A stretch of 64,000 nt of DNA from Eledone cirrhosa (Eukaryota). Made by a program: the position numbers and the translations under genes. The stretch covers positions 279,000,001 to 279,064,000 of the forward strand of contig OZ024742.1 in NCBI GenBank assembly GCA_964016885.1, in the 5' to 3' direction. A model generated the notes under the pieces. That model had not been told where the DNA came from and did not search any database. It was given only the letters and a program-made list of their open reading frames with translations. This document shows, in pieces, positions 54,459 to 64,000 of this stretch (position 1 is its first letter; every line of letters starts with the position of its first letter).

Positions 54459-55136
54459 GAGAAGAAAGAATACTGCGTGGTTGCACATGCGTTACATATG
54501 ATAAAAATAGTCCTTCGTCAGTGATTTTCCAACCTTCATTGGTATTTCATCGCTTTAAAAATTATATACCTCCGGTGAGTGCGAGCAATAGCTAAATAAA
54601 GCTATTGGGACAAGTAAATGGCGTAAAGCGAGCGAGACAAGTAAACAACAGGGAAGGAAAGCAACGCAAAGATAGCAAAAAACAGGCAGCATGGAAATCC
54701 GGTCAGCTTAATCTGGGTGGATTTCATGAACGAGAGAGATATACAGACCGTCCGACGTGAGTGAGATGTGAGCAAGAAGAGAACCCACTACAGGCCAAAC
54801 GGGAGGAAGTGAGAAGGGGAGAAACAGAGAGTGAGTGAGTGGAAGTGCGAGGAAGAGGCTAGTTTAGAGAAAGTGTAACTGACATAGGGGCGAAAGAAGG
54901 TGAGAGAAACAGAGAGATCGGGGAAGCAGTAAGAGAGAAACAGACAAACGCAGCTGAGGCAAATATATATAAAAAACATGAGAAGAAAGAATAGTGCGTG
55001 GTTGCACATGGGTTACATATGATAAAAATAGTCCTTCGTCAGTGATTTTGCCAACCTTCATTGGTATTTCATCGCTTTAAAAATCATATACCTCGGGTTG
55101 GTGCGAGCAATAGCTAAATAAAGCTATTGGGATAAG

Positions 55137-55140
<4 letters not shown>
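54452..55140 (-). mobile_element. Non-coding element with ~168-bp direct repeats (LTR/pLTR-like), flanked by (TA)n
   Basis: Repeats at 54452-54619 and 54973-55140, each with CTGACGA...GCAAC on the minus strand. Confidence 0.65.
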
Positions 55141-55230
<90 letters not shown>

Positions 55231-55972
55231 GGTATATATGTATGTTCGATGTGGAGGAGAGCAAGTGAGGGAAAGATGTAACTGAGAGAGAGGGAGAGAC
55301 AGAGAGAGAGAGAGAGAGAGAGATATATAGAGAGAGAGAGAGGGAGAGTGAGGTGGGGGATTGGATACACGGAAAGAGCTAAATTTGAGCGGTCGTTGGC
55401 TTCATGTCTAAGAGAGTTCATTTCAACTAATACACTGTACTCTTTTGTTATCCTTTAATGGTATTAGTGGTTGTATATTCTAATTTATCTGTAAAACGAC
55501 TATTAGAAAAGTCTGGTTTCGACAATTAGAATCACTAATGTACATAACTGTATCATAAAACAATGACGATATACGTTTACCAATATTGCAGACTGTTTTC
55601 TTAAGAATGTTGATGAGGATGTTGCGATTGGATTCTTTATCACTAGAAAATAATCTTTTCATTAAATTTCGGTAAGAGCAGAATTAATTCGTTTCTAAAT
55701 TTAAAGTAACATCCAGAAAATTAACTACACTGCAATTACTGTCAACTGGAATTTGAGAAGATATTTTGTTAACCAGCTTTATATATGTTCTTATTTTTTT
55801 CTTTTTTGTTTGTTTATATTGTTATTCCATCTAGGGCGTAATCGTTCTCGTTGTACGTGTTTCTGTCTGTCTATATGTCTAACTGTCTGTCTATCCCTCT
55901 ATCTCTTTTTATACATATGTGTGTATGTGTGCGTGCGTGTACATATGTTCATATGTACACAACACACACACA

Positions 55973-55974
<2 letters not shown>

Positions 55975-56031
<57 letters not shown>

Positions 56032-56056
56032 ATATATATATATATACATATGTATA

Positions 56057-56139
<83 letters not shown>

Positions 56140-56182
56140 ATATATATATATGTGTATGTATATATATATATGTGTATGTATA

Positions 56183-56228
<46 letters not shown>

Positions 56229-56277
56229 TATACATACACATATATATATACATACACACACACATACCCCCTCCCCT

Positions 56278-56353
<76 letters not shown>

Positions 56354-56372
56354 CATATATATATATATATAT
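55975..56372. repeat. Long compound (TA)n microsatellite
   Basis: Directly visible; one of many (TA)n tracts in the window. Confidence 0.95.
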
Positions 56373-56826
56373 AGTCTGCGTATGTATGTGTGTTTACATA
56401 TTTATAAATGTCCGCTTCTCCTTTCCTCCTCTTTTTTTCATTCGCTCTCACTTTCACTTTCTCTGAGGAGTGTTGTAATTGTGATTGATAATACAATTAT
56501 CCAAAATATGTGTAGCGGTAGCAGCCTCATAAATAAAAGAACTTATCACCGTCACTAAGTCTCTGTCTTAGTTCTTAGTTCCACCAAGAGAAATATTATG
56601 TTCAGATTAATAACATTTATTGACAAAATTATTCCATCATTACAAATAGTGTCCAACAATTCTCATCGAATCACGCAGAACACTTTTTTTTCCATTTTCT
56701 CAAATTTTCGTTTTATTTTATTATCATTTCTGTGTGTATGTGTATGTATGTCTATGTGTATGAGTTTGTGAGTGTTTCTGTATGTGTGTGCGTGAGAGAG
56801 AGAGAGAAAGAGAGAGAGACCGCTTG

Positions 56827-56882
<56 letters not shown>

Positions 56883-57994
56883 CATATGTGTATGTGTCTG
56901 TGTGTGTTCTGTGTGTTGCGGAACAAATGCTATTTGGCATGGAATGGAATGAAACCGAATGGTTCTCCGTCGGTTTCGATAACGAATGTTCCAGATATTC
57001 GAGCAATGGAATTAATTAAGGGGAATACCTTATGGCACAAATCTATACGAAGGTTGGCTCCTCGAATTACAGGTAAAGACTTGTAATGTAGAAAAAGTTG
57101 CAGAGTATTACAGATAGAGTGCACGCAACGGAATTTCCATTTCTGTCTACACGACTTCAATCACAAGGCTTGGGTCTACCAAAGACTAGAAGAATGACAA
57201 ATTCCCCAAAAATGCTCTTTACCATTTGGGTATGTTGCGGTTAATAAATGCTAATTAACATATTTCTCTATTTCTATTTTTTTAATGGTATTTGCTTTAA
57301 CATTTAACGTTTATCAAAAGAAAGTTGGTTAATTCGCAATGTCCTTGGGCTTAGTAAGTCAGCCCTACTGTCCATCAACGAGCAAGAAACGCCAGTTCTG
57401 TGATTGGAGTGGAAATTAATTTCGTATCCTGTTCAACACAGAAGGTACACCTAAAATTATGTCGAAGAGCAAGAATGTCTAGTTCTGTGAACGGAGTGGA
57501 AATTAATTTCGTATCCTGTTCAATACAGTACACCTAAAATTATCCTAAAAAGGATAGATAGAAAAAATATTTTTCCAAGACGCAGACAGTCGTCAGAAAA
57601 TCATAAGTATAAGTATAAATAAAAAAAGAAATATAAAAGAATTAAAAGGAATAAAAACTTAGCAACGCTGTTGAAGAAATAATTACTACATTGAACGAAA
57701 CAAATTATCATGTAAATGTGATCGACTGAAAAACTTGAAGTGTGACTCCAGCATCGCCGTAGACCAATAGGTGCATTCCGGAAACCAATCTGCAGAATTA
57801 CTCGTTGGAATATTAAGAGAGAATATAAACATTTATAGATAGATTTCTTTCAACTTAGCCACTTCTTTAGATACAATATATACAGTATTACGTGTAGTTA
57901 ACTATATGTCTAGTCAATTTCTACAGGCTAGTAGGAATATTAGGTAAATATTTTGTAGCTGTCCGTCGTGGATAAGAGGCTATATCATTTGTCT

Positions 57995-58179
57995 AGATTG
58001 GCAGTATCGGTAGAGGGTCGGCCACAATGATTTGTAACACAGTTACGTCCCTTTACGGACTGAGTTCAAATCCTGCGGAGGTTAACTTTGCCTTTCATCC
58101 TTACGGGGTCGATAAAATAAAGTACCAGTAATACACTGGGATAATTGCTGGCTTTGTGCCAAAAATAGAAACAATTATT
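57995..58179 (+). mobile_element. tRNA-derived SINE
   Basis: A box tggcagtatcgg, B box gagttcaaatcc, family body. Confidence 0.9.
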
Positions 58180-58721
58180 TCTTCATAAGTACATTTTAAA
58201 CTTATAGCATCGTTTAAATAATGTTTTGTGTGGTTGATTTATACTGATTGGGAGAGGAAATAATTTTATCTAATGATTCTTTGGACTTACTTTATTATAT
58301 ATTGTTCTGATTATTAATTATTTAAATAATTCTTCATTGAGCCACACCGTGAATGGTTGCCAAAAATATATATATGTATCTATGATTTTGTCTAATTTAT
58401 ATATATATAACCTTATATATATATATATGTTGCAGAAACCCAATTTCGGAGTATTCCATCTTCCCCGAGGGTCCGGGTAACTATTTCAATCATATCTCAT
58501 TTTATTTGACCCGTTTAGCTTGTTTGCTTTTTTGGCTGAGGTAGTTAATGGCTTCTTAACCAACGTCTCAGCGTGTATTACCATTTTAACTTATGTTTAT
58601 AGCTCTGGTATATTCTTCATATCCATGGAGCGCTTGTCTGCACAATAAGGAAGTTGCGTTTCGCTAATTTCTACCCGCCGAAATGCGATTCTCACTAAAT
58701 TTATATTTATATATATATATA

Positions 58722-59115
58722 GTAATAATAATAAATTTCAAGACTAAAATCCAAAGAGGGCTCGAAAAGGATAAATATATATCAAATATATAAGAACCGT
58801 AGAGCAAATATTTATTAAAATAACAGATTAAAGTTTAAGCAAAGAATCGCTGCTTTCACCCTTAACGGCATCTTCTGAAATTAACAAAGTCAATCTGTAA
58901 ACGCAGAAGTGGATATTTCAAAAAACGTTGCAACCGGAGGAAGACAGGAAGACGATACTTTGGTTCGTGGAAACGTTCTCTGGCAAAGAACGGGAAAAAA
59001 CGAATATAATACGTCATTAATAGGAGCGGTGAAAAACAATTATGCGCAAAGACAGAACCACGTTTATGGTATAAAAGAAAGCAGCGATTCTTTGCTTAAA
59101 CTTTAATCTGTTATT

Positions 59116-59117
<2 letters not shown>
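58722..59117 (-). mobile_element. Copy of the 44465 family with a short inverted arm, flanked by (TA)n
   Basis: 59077-59117 is an inverted copy of ~58818-58858. Confidence 0.75.
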
Positions 59118-59154
<37 letters not shown>

Positions 59155-59493
59155 AAGGTTAACACAAGAATATAGATAACAGGAACAGCAGAAAAATAAA
59201 TGAACACACCCTCCGAAAAGAAATGTACAATACTGCACAGAATGAAAGAAGGAATCATGAACAATGAAAGAAGGAAAGAAAGCACGAAACAAGAAACTGA
59301 TGAATAGAAAGTTAAATACAGGGTTCTGAGAAATCACTTCCCCTTTGCTCCAATCTCCTTCGAAACCTCTGGTGTCCGAGGTCCTCGCACTACTGATATT
59401 CTCCGTATAGTCGGAAAGATGGTGGTCTGCTTAAAGAGGGAGTCCCATGAGGTGGCATGGCTGATGTAGTGAGTTTCGTTGGCTATACTCCGC

Positions 59494-59745
59494 GGAAGGC
59501 GCACGGCTTAGTGGTTAGAGCATTGGCTTGCACCAGTTTACTGAGTTGTAGAAATTAGTTGCGACGTCCCTGGTACCAAGCTGTATCGGTCAACATGGGT
59601 ATTGGACAACACCGGTGGTGTGGAGAGGGGAGACTAGTATGCTTGGGCGACTTCTGGTCTTCAACAAAACAAATCTTTCCCAAGCCTCGGGGGGAACCTT
59701 CCTAGGAGCAAAACCATGGTCATTCATGACCGAGTGGGGCCTTCC
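59494..59745 (+). mobile_element. tRNA-headed SINE of a different family
   Basis: Head ggcgcacggcttagtggttagagc (A box) followed by a GC-richer body. Confidence 0.65.
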
Positions 59746-60441
59746 TCAACTCCGCGGAAGCACCTTTGCCAATTTGTCCGTTGGACACGACCGCGGCACT
59801 GCTGAGACTGGAGTGTAGAGTCTGTCTCTCCCCTCTCACTTTCTTTCGTTGCTTTACACTTTTTTTCTGCTTCTATTTTCCGTTTCCTTTTAGTGTGTTG
59901 TTTTCTTTTGAGACTGGTTATTTATTTTTATGTTATTTTATTTCATAATCAAATAACTTTTTTTACAATTTGAAAATAAATGTTTATTTTGAATACATGC
60001 GCTTCTCTCACAAAGTTGGTTTTAAAACCATTGATAATTACATAAATATAAAACAGAAAGAAAAAACAAACTTAAGTAAAGAGAAAAGGGGGAAGGGGTA
60101 AACAAGGTCAGAACTGGCTGCATGGGAAAGTAGAGCGAAAGATTATGAATGCCATAAATGAGAGGAAAAGGAGGGCAAAATGCGGACTCCTGGGCCACAG
60201 AAGAAAGGGAGAAACAAGGGGAGAGGTTGATCGGCTCTGGGCCTATAGTGGGGCGGTGTTCTTGCTGCACCACACAGACAAGGCAGCAAAAGCATTTCCG
60301 CGGACAATGGCTAGCGACACCCGCTGCAATAGCCACCCAACCTCGCAGGATAAAATATCAATCAGAAAAGCAATATTACTTTGAATTGAAGATACCTCCC
60401 ATGACGTATTCGTCCACTCAATCTATCTTATTTCTCATTCT

Positions 60442-60480
60442 TTCTTCTGATGAAGGACTAGCGTCCGAAACGTTAATACC
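60442..60480 (+). ncRNA. Minimal HHR motif
   Basis: CTGATGA-a-ggac/gtcc-GAAACGTT; stem I is only partly paired. Confidence 0.55.
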
Positions 60481-60564
60481 CTCTTCCTTCTATATCAAGC
60501 GTTAACCAAAATATATCCCTTCCATATACTGTACCGATTGTGTTATTATTTCTGTTTACCTTTT

Positions 60565-60620
<56 letters not shown>

Positions 60621-60682
60621 AGTAATAAGAAGTCGTCGTCGTCGTTGGTGTGGTAGTAGTGGTAGTAGTAGTAGTAGTAGTA

Positions 60683-60715
<33 letters not shown>

Positions 60716-61012
60716 CAACAGCAGCAGCAGTAATATAACGTTGTTCATAATGCAGATGTACTTGAATATAAGAAGGTAGCGAGTGAGTATATGCTTTCAT
60801 ATACAACTCTATTAAGAATGACGCTATGTTAGGACTATAGCCAATTATTCCAAGCCTGTCAAGTTCACACACTATGCAAATAACCATATTTAGCCAATAA
60901 TCCTTCCCATAAAGCACAGTGAGTAAATGTCAACGAGGAAGGATAAAAATCCAGAATCATGTGTGTGACATCCTCCCTGGCTACTGAGATAGCTCTGATA
61001 TGACCACAGCTG

Positions 61013-61533
<521 letters not shown>

Positions 61534-61632
61534 ATAAGAATAAAAATAAAAGTTGAGTTTTGAGTTTTGTCATATATTACTAACTATCATGACTGAATCT
61601 TAACCATCTACTATGTATGTCATGCATCATCT

Positions 61633-61699
61633 TATTTTATCTGATGAGGACGTACTGTTGAAGTTAACTCAGTACCTCTGAAATATGTATAATAAAATA
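61633..61699 (+). ncRNA. Canonical type I HHR motif
   Basis: tattttat-CTGATGA-gga.gtactg/cagtac.tct-GAAA-TATGTA-TA-ataaaata; 8-bp stem I. Confidence 0.72.
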
Positions 61700-61739
61700 T
61701 ACTTGATCACGAGAATATCTATTTTGTTAATATTTTGAA

Positions 61740-61804
<65 letters not shown>

Positions 61805-62124
61805 GTGTGTGTGTGTGCATATTAACATACACATATACTTATACATATAGATACTGGCACACACATGCACACACACGTATCAAAATACAGACTGTTTAAA
61901 ATTGATCTAAAGAATGTTACTTCAAGATCCCTTAAGACCGTCTTTAGTTGCTTTTCTGATCAGAATGATTCGAGGTTCCGCAACAGTTCTTAAGCCAAAG
62001 TGCCTAAGAGAGAAGAACCCTTTAGATAAAACCGTGTCGAGGGACATTAAAGAGATTAGGAGTGACAAATCTAATCTGCTTCTAGCATTTTTAGTGAGGA
62101 GAAGCTTTGAATACCGACGTTATG

Positions 62125-63090
62125 GAGGGAAACATTGTTTGAAGATGGACAAGTCTAGCTTAATATGTATATTACTTATCGTTTTCTTCTTGTGCTGTAG
62201 CTTAATTCTTCTTAACATAAAAGAAAGATTTTAAAAACAAAAACAACACAAATTTGTTTATTAGTAAGACAGGAATGCAATTTTGATTTTGTTGCTAATT
62301 TGGAGTTTCGAGACTTGCAAATCGTAATTATTGCTGCGCTGGTGGTTATATCCTCCGTTGGTCGGATGGTTGATTTGTTGGTTGGTTTGTTAATAAGTTG
62401 CTTATATAATTTTGTTTTTGGTGGTGGGTTTCGATGTTCTTTTACTGCTGTATTTCGTAGAGTAAGTGAGTAACTGATCGTTTCGGGAGTTTTATAATGT
62501 TTATGAATAAGAAATAATCAATATGGTGTACAAAATCAGTAAAATCATGAACTATGTGCCAAGTACTATTTAATTACAGACTTATATTTATCTTTACGTT
62601 CAGCGTTCCAATCCCATCGCGGTCGATTCTTTGAAGATGCGCATGTCTGGCTTAATATGTATGTTACTTTTTTTAATGGTTTTTCTGTTTATGCTATAGC
62701 TTAATTCCTCTGAACATAAAAGAAAGATATTAAAAACAAAATACTAATTTCTTTCTTAGTAACAAAGAAATGCATTTGATTTTGTTGTTAATTTGGATAT
62801 CGGGGATTTGGATATCGGGGATTGATGCTACGCTGGTTGTTACTTCTTCAGTCGGCTAGTTGGTTTGTTGGCTGGCTGGCTGGCTGGCTGGTTGTTTGGT
62901 TGTTTGGTTAATTATTTGCCCAGATGATTTTGTTGGTGATTGGAAAGTTTCGTTGATGTTTGGTGTCTTTTATTGGTATTTTGCTCTGTATTTGATTGAG
63001 TTAGTGAATAACCGACCGTTCCCTTTATCCTACGGGAATTTTGTGTTGATTATGAAAACGAACAGATCAATAATAATGTACAGAAACAGT
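62125..63090. repeat. Diverged ~500-bp tandem duplication
   Basis: tttgaagatg...cttaatatgtat...aacataaaagaaagat occurs at ~62138 and again at ~62629. Confidence 0.7.
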
Positions 63091-63574
63091 ACAATGGCCG
63101 ACGAAATGCCAGTGTCATATAATGATATTTAGTTACGTAATTTCGCATATATATTTACATCCAGAATTTTGCCTTTTCATTCTTCTTAGGTCCGTTGCTG
63201 TTGTTTATTCACATATTATCAGTATCTTGCAGAACTATGAGCAAATGTAGAATCCCCAGAGCGTTTGAACGAAATGCCAGCGGTACTTCGTTTACGAATT
63301 TTAAGTTCAGAGTTCTAATACTACCGAGATCGATCTTGCTTTTTATTTTGTCTGTCATTTTCGTTTTTGTTGTTGTTTACCTCAAGGATAATCCTCGCCG
63401 TGAATACTTATATGATCGAATACTTCCCACATAATACCATTCCCTACATAATTTTGTATAGACTGGAAATTATCTTGGAGCATGAGGATACATTGTTTAG
63501 TGTTTAACGTCGTTCATTTTTCACAGACGAACCCAACCGATTCTGAGAAAAGGAGAGATAAGGGATGGGGGTAG

Positions 63575-63715
63575 TGATGAGAGAAAATGAATCGAAGTTA
63601 GTATTTGACGGGTACTTTATTTTATCGACGCTGGATAGACGAAAAGTATAGGTAATATCGGTGGGATTTGAACGCCGAGTGCAAAGAGCTAGAACCAATA
63701 CTGCAATGCGTCTTA
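63575..63715 (-). mobile_element. Diverged SINE copy
   Basis: gtactttattttatcgac...gggatttgaac, the reverse complement of the family core. Confidence 0.75.
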
Positions 63716-63823
63716 ATGGTTTTTTCGTTCTCTCTCTATCTCTATCTCTCCCTCTATATATATATACATACATACATGCCCCTATACAGACACACATACA
63801 CACATATGTATAAATATATATAT

Positions 63824-63934
<111 letters not shown>

Positions 63935-64000
63935 CATATATATATATATAACACGCGCACACACACACACACACATATTTAAATGTGCGTGGTTTTGTAT

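Noticed and set aside
55753-56558. YI/CV-repeat ORFs here and throughout the window
   Set aside because: (TA)n/(TG)n dinucleotide artefacts.
57394-57545. ~86-bp tandem duplication
   Set aside because: An ordinary two-copy slippage duplication with no further signal.
59494-59560. tRNA gene
   Set aside because: Only an A-box head is present, with no cloverleaf or T-arm; it is a SINE head.

Overview
AT-rich eukaryotic genomic DNA dense in microsatellites and transposons. The dominant tRNA-derived SINE resembles octopod (cephalopod) SINEs as I remember them; the taxon is unverified. Most ORF-track entries are translations of microsatellites. Mobile elements: a near full-length but frameshifted L1/Tx1 LINE (~1.0-6.5 kb), a near-intact Neptune-type Penelope-like element (PLE; RT plus GIY-YIG; 21.3-25.5 kb, minus) with an inverted terminal repeat, several further PLE, RTE and CR1 remnants, an internally deleted Helitron, a mariner remnant, three MITEs and about 13 SINE copies. 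The probable 5' end of a host gene lies on the minus strand (exons at ~11.7-11.9 kb and 9.73-9.97 kb). The most striking signal is about 20 minimal type I hammerhead-ribozyme (HHR) motifs. Many sit in short fold-back elements, mostly flanked by (TA)n, that share the arm/inverted-arm/tail architecture of the PLE. Several carry a compensatory U3-A8 core (UUGAAAA). A strand-specific, multi-stem structured RNA candidate also lies inside the PLE 3' region. All alignments and folds were done by eye, and boundaries are approximate unless a TSD or motif is quoted.
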